In this document: positions 33,053-42,931 of the stretch, one piece after another
Layout: the number at the start of each line of letters is the position of its first letter
Position numbering within the stretch: position 1 is the stretch's first letter
Assembly (NCBI GenBank): GCA_041651015.1
Contig: JBAZKA010000002.1
Location: forward strand, 137,269 to 201,268
Length of the DNA stretch: 64,000 nt
Source of the DNA: Patescibacteria group bacterium
GTDB lineage: Bacteria > Patescibacteriota > Patescibacteriia > Magasanikbacterales > GWA2-37-8
Reading direction: 5' to 3'
Made by a program: the position numbers and the translations under genes
The notes under the pieces: model-generated
Databases searched by the model: none
What the model was told of the DNA's origin: nothing
What the model saw: only the letters and a program-made list of their open reading frames with translations

Positions 33053-34732
33053 TCATTGCACCCTGTACTTCGCAACGAACGGATGCTCGTGGACGCCATC
33101 GCACGTCACGGGATTGCCGTCGTCGTCGTACCCGAACGTCGCGATCTCCGGCACCGAGGAATTGTTGTTGTAGTTCCCACCGACGACGAACTCGTCCGCG
33201 CCTACCGATGTGACGCTGCTCGGCAAGATGCAGCTTTCCAGGTCGGCCGAGGGGATGAGCCCCGCCCACGCGAGCGCGCCGCCGAAACCGTACCGTGCGA
33301 TGAACGCGTGTTCGAGTCCTGTGTACTCTAAAGAGAATATGGTCTCTTCCGGTTCGCCGTAGCCGAACGTCGCCGTCGGACCGCCCACGAAGCCGACCGC
33401 GTAAAGACCTTCCGTGTCCGCGGCAACGCCGTACACGCGGTCGTTGCCGCCGGACAGACCGACGCTCTTCGCCCACGGAAAATCGCCGTCGGGAGCGCTC
33501 GCGGCGATGAAGCCGGATTCGGATTCGTCCAGAGAAAGTGTCTGGTCGCCGAATGTGGCCTCCCCTTGATAATAGCCGACGAGCACGGCGCCGCTCCCAA
33601 GAGCGGCGACATTCCATCCGTACTCTTCGGTTCCTTCGCTGGAGCCAGCGCGCACGGCCCATTGCAGCGTCCCATCATCGACCGCATAGCGCGCCACGAA
33701 GATGTCACCCGCCCCTTCAACGGTGAACTTCGTCTCGTTCGTCTCCCCCGAGCCGAAGGTGACCGTGTCGCCCGCTGTTTCGTCGAGGATACCGCCGACC
33801 AGCACGATCTCGTTGCCCGAAACGAGCGCCAACCCCGAGCCATAAGCGAACCCGCCGGTCGTGCCCTTGGCCCACAGGAGCGCACCGTCCGCATTATAAC
33901 GAGCGAGAAATGCTCCCTGCGAGGGCAATGTCGTTTCATTCGACTCACCCTCGCCGAACACCGCCGGCCCACCTACGAATCCTGAGACGATGACCGTGTC
34001 GTCAGGCGCCGCGACGATGTCAGACGACGAGTCGGTATAGTCACCATCAATCGATCCAACCGAGATGGCCCACAGGAGCGCGCCGTCCGCACTGTAGCGA
34101 GCAAGGAAACAGTCCCGTCCGTCGTCGACGGCCGCCAACTGAATGTCGGCGCCACTTGGGGATTCGAGTGTCACCGTGCCGTATATCGCGCCACTGATTG
34201 CGAGATCACCCTTGTCGGTCTCAACGACGCCCAACGCGCCAATCTGCGATTCTTCGAAGCTGCCGACCGAGATGTAGTCCGCGGACCAGGCGATCGCCCC
34301 GCCCGACGCCAGAATAGTCAAAAAAGAAGAGATGGTTGGATATCTGACTTGGCTTGCAACAGCGATGCGCCCGTCGTTCAGCACCACGACGCGGGCGACA
34401 CCGCCCTCGTAGGCGAGCCCCGGATCGCCGAGACAAGCCACCCATTCGAGCGCGAACGGCCCGGGCGAAACGAACGTCCCGCCGTCGTCTTCGCTCCCGG
34501 CGTCCGCGGCCGCGTCCGTCCCGGCGTCGGCGCCCGCATCCGGACCGGCGTCCATCAAATCATCCGTGTCGCCCCCGTCGGGCGCTCCGCTGTGGTGCTT
34601 TTCCGAGCACGATGAGCAGCCAGCGAGTTGCCACAAGATGGCCGAACTGAGCACTATCCCAATAAACAATTCCGGCGGGCACCGTCTCCGACGCTGTTCA
34701 CGAACGAGCAAATTCGTCATGACTTCACCCAC
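33053..34732 (-). CDS. beta-propeller repeat lipoprotein (SBBP-like repeats)
   Basis: Lipobox LAGCSS. Acidic linker. At least six repeats of the type FLARYxADGALLWA / FVARYAVDDGTLQWA. Confidence 0.55.
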   Translation of the reverse strand: MGEVMTNLLVREQRRRRCPPELFIGIVLSSAILWQLAGCSSCSEKHHSGAPDGGDTDDLMDAGPDAGADAGTDAAADAGSEDDGGTFVSPGPFALEWVACLGDPGLAYEGGVARVVVLNDGRIAVASQVRYPTISSFLTILASGGAIAWSADYISVGSFEESQIGALGVVETDKGDLAISGAIYGTVTLESPSGADIQLAAVDDGRDCFLARYSADGALLWAISVGSIDGDYTDSSSDIVAAPDDTVIVSGFVGGPAVFGEGESNETTLPSQGAFLARYNADGALLWAKGTTGGFAYGSGLALVSGNEIVLVGGILDETAGDTVTFGSGETNETKFTVEGAGDIFVARYAVDDGTLQWAVRAGSSEGTEEYGWNVAALGSGAVLVGYYQGEATFGDQTLSLDESESGFIAASAPDGDFPWAKSVGLSGGNDRVYGVAADTEGLYAVGFVGGPTATFGYGEPEETIFSLEYTGLEHAFIARYGFGGALAWAGLIPSADLESCILPSSVTSVGADEFVVGGNYNNNSSVPEIATFGYDDDGNPVTCDGVHEHPFVAKYRVQ

Positions 34733-34755
34733 CTGATTAGGTGTCTTGAGTACGG

Positions 34756-35391
34756 TTATTCTTGTAATGTTTTTTGTCTGTCATGCAACTCTTTCAGTGG
34801 GAGTTCGTAGCCGTTCGTCCCCATCCAAAACGTGCTGCTCCATGTATCATCATTGCTTGGTGAACCGTGAAAATAGTTGGAGTCGCCGAACCAGAGGAAT
34901 ATACTATTTGCTTTTTGATACGATTTGTAATCGTCACTATTGTTGTGCGTGAATTTCACACGACATATTTCGCCACCGCATTGGGCTTCGACCAACGCTG
35001 TCCCTTCAAGCTTGGCGTCCTTCAGAAATTGTTGGGCAGTTGCACGCATAGAATCGCTGGCAAGGATATCATTTTTTTGGAGTTTAAAAAGATGATCGAG
35101 CTCTTCGGGGACATTCTCCCACGCTGAAGCGGTTTTCTCTTCCTCGGGGCGAGGCGAAACCATCGCGGCTTTCATCTTTTTTAAAAAAAGCTCTCTTTTT
35201 TTACTGTCCGGTGTTTGTGAAGAAATTTCCCCATCGGACACAGACATGGATCGGGGCGTCTGTAAAGTGTTCTCTCGTGGTGACGATGTTGATTTTCGAG
35301 AGATGGCGACGAGGGCTCCCGTGGCAATTACGGACACCAACAAAGCTGCAACGAGGTATCTTCGATTCATCGCTTGTTTGCCTTTTGCCAA
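34756..35391 (-). CDS. secreted protein, cassette member A2
   Basis: Signal peptide. Paralog of 31358..31984. Confidence 0.5.
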   Translation of the reverse strand: MAKGKQAMNRRYLVAALLVSVIATGALVAISRKSTSSPRENTLQTPRSMSVSDGEISSQTPDSKKRELFLKKMKAAMVSPRPEEEKTASAWENVPEELDHLFKLQKNDILASDSMRATAQQFLKDAKLEGTALVEAQCGGEICRVKFTHNNSDDYKSYQKANSIFLWFGDSNYFHGSPSNDDTWSSTFWMGTNGYELPLKELHDRQKTLQE

Positions 35392-35471
35392 TTGGTCAAT
35401 GACAGCAGAAAATGAAAAATGAACGGAAGCGCTTGTGTACGCGCTTCCGTTCCAAGTTGCTGCATTGAATG

Positions 35472-36095
35472 TTATTCGTCCATTCTATATTCAATGCCCA
35501 TTGTTTTGTAAGAACCCGAAGTGTTCACCACGGTCATTTTGCATGCCATAACGCCCATATCGGAAGTATAATTATGATCATCAACGTCTTCAAACTCGAT
35601 GCCCTGATAGACCGTATCAGTAGTTGTGCAATAGTTGACGGAAGAACCCTCTGTCCAGGTCACAATACTATCGATTTCGCCAGCTCCCCATTGAGTCCAG
35701 CCAACAGGAAGAGCGGGAAGAGGAAGTGGGTCAGCGACGGTGTTATAAAATATAAATCCTCCGCCTGTGATGGTCTCCGCTGATGTCTTTACAAAACAGC
35801 ATGATGACGACACAGCCTGGACGTCATTATAGTACGTCACGTCTATGGGGCTCCAGACTTCGCATGAGGCCCAATCGGCATTGCCCGGGTTTTCGCAGGT
35901 TGTATCTGTTCTCTTATACAGAGTAGCACTATTGCCTTTGTGGTAGGTGACGTACCATCCATCTCGACACGCAGTATCGGTGTTGTTCACGGCGGTACAG
36001 AAGGTGATCGCCCGAGCCTCCGCGCTGAGCGCCGAGGCGTCATGACAGAAGAAATAGACTCCCAAACTTGCTACCAACAGAGACAGTTTCCGCAT
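35472..36095 (-). CDS. secreted Cys-rich protein, cassette member B2
   Basis: Internal start MRKLSLLVASLG inside ORF 35472..36248. Paralog of B1. Confidence 0.45.
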   Translation of the reverse strand: MRKLSLLVASLGVYFFCHDASALSAEARAITFCTAVNNTDTACRDGWYVTYHKGNSATLYKRTDTTCENPGNADWASCEVWSPIDVTYYNDVQAVSSSCCFVKTSAETITGGGFIFYNTVADPLPLPALPVGWTQWGAGEIDSIVTWTEGSSVNYCTTTDTVYQGIEFEDVDDHNYTSDMGVMACKMTVVNTSGSYKTMGIEYRMDE

Positions 36096-36999
36096 TTTTC
36101 GCCATCCTTCTTTTTGGCAACTTTGCCAGTTGAATTCCGCCACAGCATAATTGCTCCGACGGGAACATCTGATACGAATTAAAAACGAATTACAGGCTAT
36201 TCTGGAGCCTTCCCTCCTTACTTCGAAGCACGACATCGGGTCGTGCACGCGTGTGAAGTCGTTTCGGTTTGGTTCGCGTCAAGTTGTTCACTGTATTTTT
36301 TCCAAAGCATTCGTGTTGCCGAAGTCGAACGTGAACTTTACGAAATAATCGAACAGCCGATGAGGAGAAGTCGTCAAGACGTACACCTGTACCCTCCCGA
36401 GAATGTCGGAACAGGGAAGAAACAGGGTGGAGATGACAGAAAGATGAGCAAAAACAAATAGAAACGAAAGGTGGAATACAAGAACCGTAAGACCTGTAAA
36501 GACTCGAATAGTCGGGGGAAAGCTTACTGAATCATCTGTTGCATCGCATGAAAGCGGGATAACCCATGGAAATCATGTCATGTTTAGATTGGGTACAGGT
36601 GTACCAATCATTTTTTCTTATTTTGCGAAACTTTTTTGTAACAAGCCTGAAAAGGGGCTCCGCCCCTTTTGAACCCTGGCCTTAGTTGATCGGGATGTCG
36701 GCGAACGGGATGTTGTCGAAGACGATCGCGAGGATGAACACGGCCACCACTGGCGCGTGTTTTGTTTTTGCCTTCTCCTCTTGCTGGGTATTTTAGCGAA
36801 TCGGCGGCACGGCTGTGCAAGGTAGTGCTCGCTTGGCTTCGCCTCCACCTTGACAGCGTGCCGCATCGATTCGCTTCTCTTGGCAGCAAGAGGGAGAAGG
36901 CAGGAGCGAACCTGCGCCGACAAAGGTCGGGTGAGCGAACACGGGGTTGCCCGGGCGTTCATCACCGGTGCGGGATCGCTTCAAGCCAGGCTCTCCGTA

Positions 37000-37215
37000 A
37001 TGTTTAAAAATATGACTCAACAATTTTTTTCAAAAAGAATGAGCACGCGGGATTTCATCTACTGCGAGACGTGCGAGACCTACGTGGATCTGTTCAAGTT
37101 CGACTCGTTGGAAGAGACCGGACACGGCGAGTGTGCCTGGAGATTCGTGAACCCGATCGAGCTTCCGGTTTTGGCGGATGAGGTCGCGGCCGAGGGCTGT
37201 TTGCTCGGCTGGTAG
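37000..37215 (+). CDS. hypothetical small protein
   Basis: ATG at 37000. CETCETY...GHGEC motif. Confidence 0.25.
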   Translation: MFKNMTQQFFSKRMSTRDFIYCETCETYVDLFKFDSLEETGHGECAWRFVNPIELPVLADEVAAEGCLLGW

Positions 37216-37286
37216 GTCTGCCTGCCGGTAGGCCGGTGTGCTCGCGGTTTAAACTATACATTTTATTCCACTTAATTTTGAAAACT

Positions 37287-37850
37287 ATGACGACGAGAAT
37301 CAACACGGAGAAGCTGGACGAGAGCAACACCTTGCTTGAGATCCTGATCGACGAGTGCCGACGTCACGAGCTGCCGAAGTTTCAGGAAGGAGAGGGGCGG
37401 ACGATCATCCGGGCCTTTCATGTCCCGTACAGCGGCAGCTCCCGGCCGGACTATGTGGACTTCTTCGACTACCTGGAGGAGGACGCGCGCATCCTGGTCA
37501 TGGAACTCTACGACCGAGGGAAAGCGGATCGCACGGGCGACATCATGACGCTCGAAGAACTCAAGGCCGAGTGGGAGACCGTGGACGATGACGGGCTCTT
37601 GCACGACCTTGTCGATCGGAGCTTGACCTGGCAGCAGGGACTCAGGGAGTGCGAGATCATTCTCGACAACTGCGAGGAGGTGGAGACGGACTCGGGGCTC
37701 TGGGAGAAGCTCGAGCCGACCGAGGCGATCCGGTCTCAGGCGTTCTTCACCTACAAGAACGAGGTGAGGAGACGCGGCCTCGCGCTCATCGAGGAAAAGA
37801 TCAAAGACGAGCACGAGTTCACGAACGAGAACGACTGGGTGTTTGCGTAG
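37287..37850 (+). CDS. hypothetical acidic protein
   Basis: 188 aa from the MTTRINTEK start, no recognised domain. Confidence 0.4.
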   Translation: MTTRINTEKLDESNTLLEILIDECRRHELPKFQEGEGRTIIRAFHVPYSGSSRPDYVDFFDYLEEDARILVMELYDRGKADRTGDIMTLEELKAEWETVDDDGLLHDLVDRSLTWQQGLRECEIILDNCEEVETDSGLWEKLEPTEAIRSQAFFTYKNEVRRRGLALIEEKIKDEHEFTNENDWVFA

Positions 37851-37936
37851 GAGGTGAAGGAGTAGGAAATCAGGGAGCGGGATTCTTGGTCGCGGTCAGC
37901 TCGGCCGCGACCGAGGGTTCGCGCGGGGGTTTCCGT

Positions 37937-37959
37937 TTCCGTTGCCGTACTGTTGCCGT
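37937..37959. repeat. 23-bp direct repeat copy 1 (ttccgttgccgtactgttgccgt)
   Basis: Identical copy at 38146..38168 inside the 3' end of the integrase gene. Candidate att core or arm-type site. Confidence 0.5.
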
Positions 37960-38127
37960 GGGTCTACCACCAGAGGCGGATTTTGAGGGTTTTGGACGGT
38001 ACGAGAAGGACTTGAACCGATCTGCGAAGATAGCGGGAATTGCTGGCAAAGCCGCGTCCCGTCTGGCTTTCCGCGATCTTCGAGCAGGTGGTTCAAGTCC
38101 CGTCGGGGTCACAATGATTTCAGGGGT

Positions 38128-39369
38128 TTAGACACTCACCACGCCTTCCGTTGCCGTACTGTTGCCGTAAACACGCGCCCCGTTGCCATCCAAGACGGCA
38201 ACGGCGTCGGTCACCGATTCCGGTGACAGGTGCGCGTAGCGGAGCGTCATCTGCATGGTGGCGTGCCCGAGTTGTTCCTGAATCGTCTTGAGCGGCACGC
38301 CGCGCATCGCGAGATGCGAGGCGTAGGTGTGCCGCAGAACGTGCCAGCCGATCTCGCGCACGTTCGCGAGCTCGCAAACATGCCGCAGCGCCCAATCCGA
38401 GCTGTTCGAAGAAATCGCCGAGCCGTCTGCTGTTGAAAACACGAGCTGTGCGCCGATCGTGCGACGCGCCGCGAGCGCGCTGTCCGTTGTGTCGTTCACG
38501 GTGCCGCCATCCTCGTACGCCCGCCGCCGTTCATTTTCACGCGCGGCTCGCTTGCACTGTTCGATCACGGCAACGGTTGCCGGCGTGAGGTACACGGTGC
38601 GCACCTTGTTGTTCTTCGGCGAACCGATGATGCCCTTGGCCACGGCGCGCGAGATGCGCAGATACGGCGATCGTCCCTTGAGCTGGACATCGCCCCACCT
38701 GAGTTCGAACAGCTCCCCGCGCCTGAGTCCGGTGCGCATGGCGACGAAGAACGGCGCGTGCCACAGCGGCGCTTTCGCGGCTGCGGTCGCGAGAAGCCGC
38801 TCCGCCTCCTCGAACGAGAGGTAGTCGAACGACGGTGGTGGGCACTTTGGAAAACGGCAGCGCGGCGCGCGCTCGAGATGTCCGACTTCGGTGGCGTACC
38901 ACAAGAGCCGCGACAAGACGGCGAGCGCGTTCTTCACGGTCTTGGGCGAGAGCCCCGAGGCGAGCAGGTCTTTCTTCATCTTGTCGATGTCGAGCGTGTT
39001 GATCTCATCGAGCCGCTTCAATCCCATGGCCGGCAGGATGTAGAGCCGGAGCATCGATTGTTTGGAGGTCACCTCGGACGGCTTGTTCTCGGTCTTCGCG
39101 TACAACTCGATGAACACTTTTGAGAACGCTTCGACCGTCGGCATTTCTTCTTGTTCTTCCGCTCCTTTCTCGCGGTACGTGCCGTCGCTGAGCGCCCGGA
39201 AAATCGCGCGCTCCTCGGCCTCGGCTTCGCGCCGAGTCGTGCCTTGAGCGACGCGCCGAATGCGTTCGCGGCGGCCGTCCGCGTGTCTGTATGCAAAGTC
39301 GATCAAAAGAATCTCCCGCACCGTGCCGGTCTTTTTGTCGGTGCGATTTTCGCGTCTCACGCTCATCAC
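38128..39369 (-). CDS. tyrosine recombinase / phage-type integrase
   Basis: C-terminal catalytic region HVLRHTYASHLAMRGVPLKTIQEQLGHATMQMTLRYAHL (R..H..R..Y). N-terminal SAM-like domain. Confidence 0.85.
   Translation of the reverse strand: MMSVRRENRTDKKTGTVREILLIDFAYRHADGRRERIRRVAQGTTRREAEAEERAIFRALSDGTYREKGAEEQEEMPTVEAFSKVFIELYAKTENKPSEVTSKQSMLRLYILPAMGLKRLDEINTLDIDKMKKDLLASGLSPKTVKNALAVLSRLLWYATEVGHLERAPRCRFPKCPPPSFDYLSFEEAERLLATAAAKAPLWHAPFFVAMRTGLRRGELFELRWGDVQLKGRSPYLRISRAVAKGIIGSPKNNKVRTVYLTPATVAVIEQCKRAARENERRRAYEDGGTVNDTTDSALAARRTIGAQLVFSTADGSAISSNSSDWALRHVCELANVREIGWHVLRHTYASHLAMRGVPLKTIQEQLGHATMQMTLRYAHLSPESVTDAVAVLDGNGARVYGNSTATEGVVSV
38146..38168. repeat. 23-bp direct repeat copy 2
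   Basis: See copy 1. Overlaps the last ~8 codons of the integrase. Confidence 0.5.
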
Positions 39370-39752
39370 TCACCTCTGCGATGAACGGGACGCGGCTTTG
39401 CCGCGAACCAAGATATCACAGATGGGCGGTGCACGCGGAAGGTTCGCCCGCAACGACGCACTCCGGGCAAGTCCCCGCGGCGGATCATCGCGTAGACGGT
39501 CTTGCGATCGAGTCGCAAATATTCGGCGGTCTCTTCAATCGACAGAAATTCGAAGCGCGCGAAACAGTCGTCTTTTTCGATGTCATCGCCGGAGTCGGGG
39601 ATGCTGCGCGATGTCCGCAGAATGTCTCCGTCATCGCCCGCCCGCCCACTCGTTGCGCGCTTCTCGGCGGAAACGGCGTCCGCGACGATCCCGTTCGCGC
39701 CGTCGGTGTCGGCGTTGAAACGGGGGCTACTCGGAGGTTCGGATCGATCCAT
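39366..39752 (-). CDS. excisionase-like HTH DNA-binding protein
   Basis: C-terminal LSIEETAEYLRLDRKTVYAMIRRGDLPGVRRCGRTFRV (Xis/MerR-type HTH). Overlaps the integrase start by 4 nt. Confidence 0.6.
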   Translation of the reverse strand: MDRSEPPSSPRFNADTDGANGIVADAVSAEKRATSGRAGDDGDILRTSRSIPDSGDDIEKDDCFARFEFLSIEETAEYLRLDRKTVYAMIRRGDLPGVRRCGRTFRVHRPSVISWFAAKPRPVHRRGE

Positions 39753-39764
39753 GTTCCTTTCCTT

Positions 39765-40676
39765 TCAACCTCGCCCTGTCCTGGCAGAGCCTCGTCTATC
39801 CACCCGTCTATCCGCGGCGAGGCGCGTCTTTGGAAACCCGCGCCGTTCGCGGTTCCGCGCGATCGCGGTGGCGGGTGTATTAGGGCCTCTGGCCCGTCCC
39901 CCCGCCGCGCCGCCTACCTCGGTCGGTTCCCGCACCGGTCGCGCGTTGACCTCGTCCACGAGGAACACGCGGCCGAACTCCTCGAGCCCGTGCGACGCGA
40001 GCGACTCCGTGATTGTCGTTCGTCGCGCTTCGCTCAGCACCACGAACCACAGGGCGTCGATGACGCCGTGCTCGGCCGCGCCGAGATACCTCGCCAGCTT
40101 GTCGCCGATCACAGACTTCACCGGCTCGGTGCCGCAGTCCGCTTCGACCGCGACGAAGACCGCGCCCTCCGGTGTTGCGAACTCGGCCAGGCCGTCCGGC
40201 TCGATGTGCCAGTCCGCGAGCCCGATCTCGGCCGCGAGCGCGCCGCCGGCGTTGGCCCAGCGGACGAGAGGCGATCCTCGTTTCTCTCCGAGCGCGGCCG
40301 CGTAGAGCCTGGCATCCACCACCATGAGCCGATGCGTGAGAGTCGACATCTGGATCGGGCCGGCGAGCCGCAATCGTCCTTCCAGATCCGGACGCGTGCT
40401 CTCGGCGAGCCGCAGTCCGCGCTTGGTCAGCGAAACGAGATTGGGGCTGTTCGCGCCGGTAACGGCCACGTTGATAAACCCCGCATCAAACAAACGGCGC
40501 AATCGCCGACGGGCGCGATCTTCGCTCGGGAAGAGCGCACGCGCCGCTTGCGATGTGGACATCGCGCCGCACAAACCGACGAGCGTGAGCACGTCGATGT
40601 CTCTCTCCTGAATCTCAAATCGCGACGAGACTCGGACGCGGCCCGTGCGCGAGGGCTTGGGTGAGCGCGCGGTCAT
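39765..40676 (-). CDS. replication-relaxation family protein (second copy)
   Basis: N-terminal ERDIDVLTLVGLCGAMSTSQAARALFPSED..RARRRLRRLFDAGFI, similar in pattern to 4824..5741. Confidence 0.45.
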   Translation of the reverse strand: MTARSPKPSRTGRVRVSSRFEIQERDIDVLTLVGLCGAMSTSQAARALFPSEDRARRRLRRLFDAGFINVAVTGANSPNLVSLTKRGLRLAESTRPDLEGRLRLAGPIQMSTLTHRLMVVDARLYAAALGEKRGSPLVRWANAGGALAAEIGLADWHIEPDGLAEFATPEGAVFVAVEADCGTEPVKSVIGDKLARYLGAAEHGVIDALWFVVLSEARRTTITESLASHGLEEFGRVFLVDEVNARPVREPTEVGGAAGGRARGPNTPATAIARNRERRGFPKTRLAADRRVDRRGSARTGRG

Positions 40677-41032
40677 ATGTGGATCCTGAACGGGTTGAGC
40701 ACACTGAGGCCGCAGACCGGGCAGTTCACGTAGGGCGCGATCGGCGCCCTACATTCCGGGTTTTCGCATTTCAGGATGGACGAGTTTTCGTAGGTGTAGC
40801 CGCACGAGGTGCACTCGTACACCTGACCGACGAGCGAAAAGACATGACCGCGAGGGCAAGTGACGACACCGCCGCGAATGGCGCTTCGCGCTCCCCACAG
40901 CCCGACGATGAGCTTGAAGACAAAACGCAGACCACTGAGCAACCAGAACGCGATCTCTGTCATCGTAACGACGACATTCGCGGCCAGGGTGACGAGAAAC
41001 TTCACGATGTTGAAAACGTTCTTCATGGTCAA
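40673..41032 (-). CDS. membrane protein with C-terminal zinc ribbon
   Basis: Two TM helices then CPRGH...CTSCG...CENPEC...CPVCG. Confidence 0.4.
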   Translation of the reverse strand: MTMKNVFNIVKFLVTLAANVVVTMTEIAFWLLSGLRFVFKLIVGLWGARSAIRGGVVTCPRGHVFSLVGQVYECTSCGYTYENSSILKCENPECRAPIAPYVNCPVCGLSVLNPFRIHI

Positions 41033-42609
41033 CCCCAGCGCGAACGCGGACGCGAAGCCGCGCTCGGCGCGTTGTCCGGCGCGTTCGTTTCGGCGCTCGC
41101 CGCGTTCGCATTCTGTTGTTCAGCGAATGTCGGCGAGGTTGGTCTCGACTGTCGCGGACGGCCGCGACATTTCCCTCTGCCCGAACGCGGCTCCTCGCCA
41201 AACGCTTCGGCGAGAGTCACGCGGCGAGATGTGGACGGCGGGAGCGCCAGGCGCGACTTGGCCGCGGTGATCTCGTCCTCGTGCTCGCCCGTGGCGCGAT
41301 GCAGCGCTTCCATATCCACGTCGGCCGAGTGGAAACGTTGAAGCGCGCCGGGCACGATGCGGAAGAACGCCCGATCTTCCAAATTGCACACGGCCGCCGC
41401 GAAACGGGAGCGAACGGCGCCGATGGTCTCATCCGTGCCGGACTTGGGCGCGCGCTCGCGGCTGAGCATTTCCGCGTCAGGCGCGGATAGACGCCCAACG
41501 ATTTTGAGCGTCGTATTCGTCAAAAGAACATCGAGCAAATTCGGGGCGGCTTTGTGCAAGAGCACGGTGCCTTGGGTGATGGCCGTGAGTGACATCCCGC
41601 GGCTTCTGCCCGTGGTGAGAATGGCTTCGGCACTGTCCGAGAGCGCATTGGCCACGAGCTGGGCTTCGTCGACAACCACACGGACGTGATGTCCGCTCCA
41701 CGGACTCGGACGCGAAAGCAAGTGGTCGATGACCACTCGGCACAGGAGGTTTGAGAAAAAATCTCTGAGCGAACTCATTCCACCCGACGGTGAGCCCAAG
41801 TCGATGAGCGTGAGAGCGCCGGGGCGTGTGAGATCGTCCAGAGAGATGCACGAAGCGGTGCTCATCATCCGCTCGAGCGGCTCGGTCATAGAGAAGGAGG
41901 TTCGCAACCGACTGGCACAGGACGAACGGAGCTCGTCTGAGAGTTGTGCAGACAAGAGGAACTGCTGGGCGCGTTCGGACGAGGTGGCGCGCGCCAGGGA
42001 CTTGAGTCCCTGTTTCTGCGTGAGCGCGTCGAGCGTCCAGATCGGATTCGCCGCCGGGTGATCCGATGCCAAGGTGCTGAGCAACAGATGCGCGAGGACG
42101 TCGAGCTGTCGAGCGCCAGTTCCCAGATGCTTGATCCCACCCGCGGCAGTGGAGACGTTGTTCACGAGCTCGGCGATCTGCATTGCCCGGATGCCGAGCG
42201 TCGAGTCTCGTCCGAGTTCGAGCCGGCAGAGGTTGAACGGGAAGCCCGTGCCCGAGAAGGGGTTCAGGTAGTTGATGTCACGGAGCCGCTTGGGAGCGAT
42301 GTGCGCGATTGCGGAGACGAGCGCGGCCACGATATCTCCCTTTGGGTCGATAACCGCGTAGGCGGTGGAGTCGGACGAGGCGATCTCGGCGGCGAACGCG
42401 GCGGCGCACATCAGGCTCTTGCCCGAGCCGCTCGCGCCGAGCACCAGCGAGCTTGCCGAGTGTTCGAGCGTAGGACGCGGCCAGAGGACGGATGAGCCGT
42501 CCTCGGCCTGTCCGATGATGACTCCGTCATCCGGCGACGCAGGCTGGGTGCCGCGCGCCGCCGAATGACGCGGTTTGCCGAACAACATCTTGGTGAAATC
42601 CAGGATCAT
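41029..42609 (-). CDS. VirD4/TraG-like P-loop ATPase (second copy)
   Basis: Walker A LGASGSGKS, DPKGD motif, Walker B VVVDEAQ. Confidence 0.55.
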   Translation of the reverse strand: MILDFTKMLFGKPRHSAARGTQPASPDDGVIIGQAEDGSSVLWPRPTLEHSASSLVLGASGSGKSLMCAAAFAAEIASSDSTAYAVIDPKGDIVAALVSAIAHIAPKRLRDINYLNPFSGTGFPFNLCRLELGRDSTLGIRAMQIAELVNNVSTAAGGIKHLGTGARQLDVLAHLLLSTLASDHPAANPIWTLDALTQKQGLKSLARATSSERAQQFLLSAQLSDELRSSCASRLRTSFSMTEPLERMMSTASCISLDDLTRPGALTLIDLGSPSGGMSSLRDFFSNLLCRVVIDHLLSRPSPWSGHHVRVVVDEAQLVANALSDSAEAILTTGRSRGMSLTAITQGTVLLHKAAPNLLDVLLTNTTLKIVGRLSAPDAEMLSRERAPKSGTDETIGAVRSRFAAAVCNLEDRAFFRIVPGALQRFHSADVDMEALHRATGEHEDEITAAKSRLALPPSTSRRVTLAEAFGEEPRSGRGKCRGRPRQSRPTSPTFAEQQNANAASAETNAPDNAPSAASRPRSRWG

Positions 42610-42610
42610 C

Positions 42611-42931
42611 TTACTTGTCGACCCGGCGTTTCAGCGACGTGGCCGGCGGCGGAAAGCGCTTGGAGAGGTTTTCTTTACGTCCGCGGAATCGCACGTAGGC
42701 GATGACGATGACCACGGCAACGAGCCCGAAGAACACCCAGCCCCAGGGGAAGTCTACGGAGCCGATCGCGGATGCACCCTCATGCGCCGTGGACGAGAAG
42801 TATGACAGGGCGAGGGGGAGCACCGTAACGACGGTGATGAGCCCGAGAATGATGCGCCCGAGAGACTTGGCCTCTTTCGGCAGTCCGAAAACAAGGCAGA
42901 GTCCGACGGCGACAAGGAGGATGGCAATCAT
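42611..42931 (-). CDS. small membrane protein
   Basis: Two to three TM helices. Confidence 0.4.
   Translation of the reverse strand: MIAILLVAVGLCLVFGLPKEAKSLGRIILGLITVVTVLPLALSYFSSTAHEGASAIGSVDFPWGWVFFGLVAVVIVIAYVRFRGRKENLSKRFPPPATSLKRRVDK

Noticed and set aside
33015-34650. ORFs 33015..33662-, 33328..33972-, 33566..33985+, 34354..34650+ overlapping the beta-propeller lipoprotein gene
   Set aside because: Arg-rich shadow frames of a gene with clear repeat structure in the annotated frame.
38060-38125. tRNA-like segment containing GGTTCAAGTCC immediately downstream of the integrase
   Set aside because: I could not build a consistent cloverleaf (no complementary T-stem or acceptor). It is reported only as part of the direct-repeat interval.
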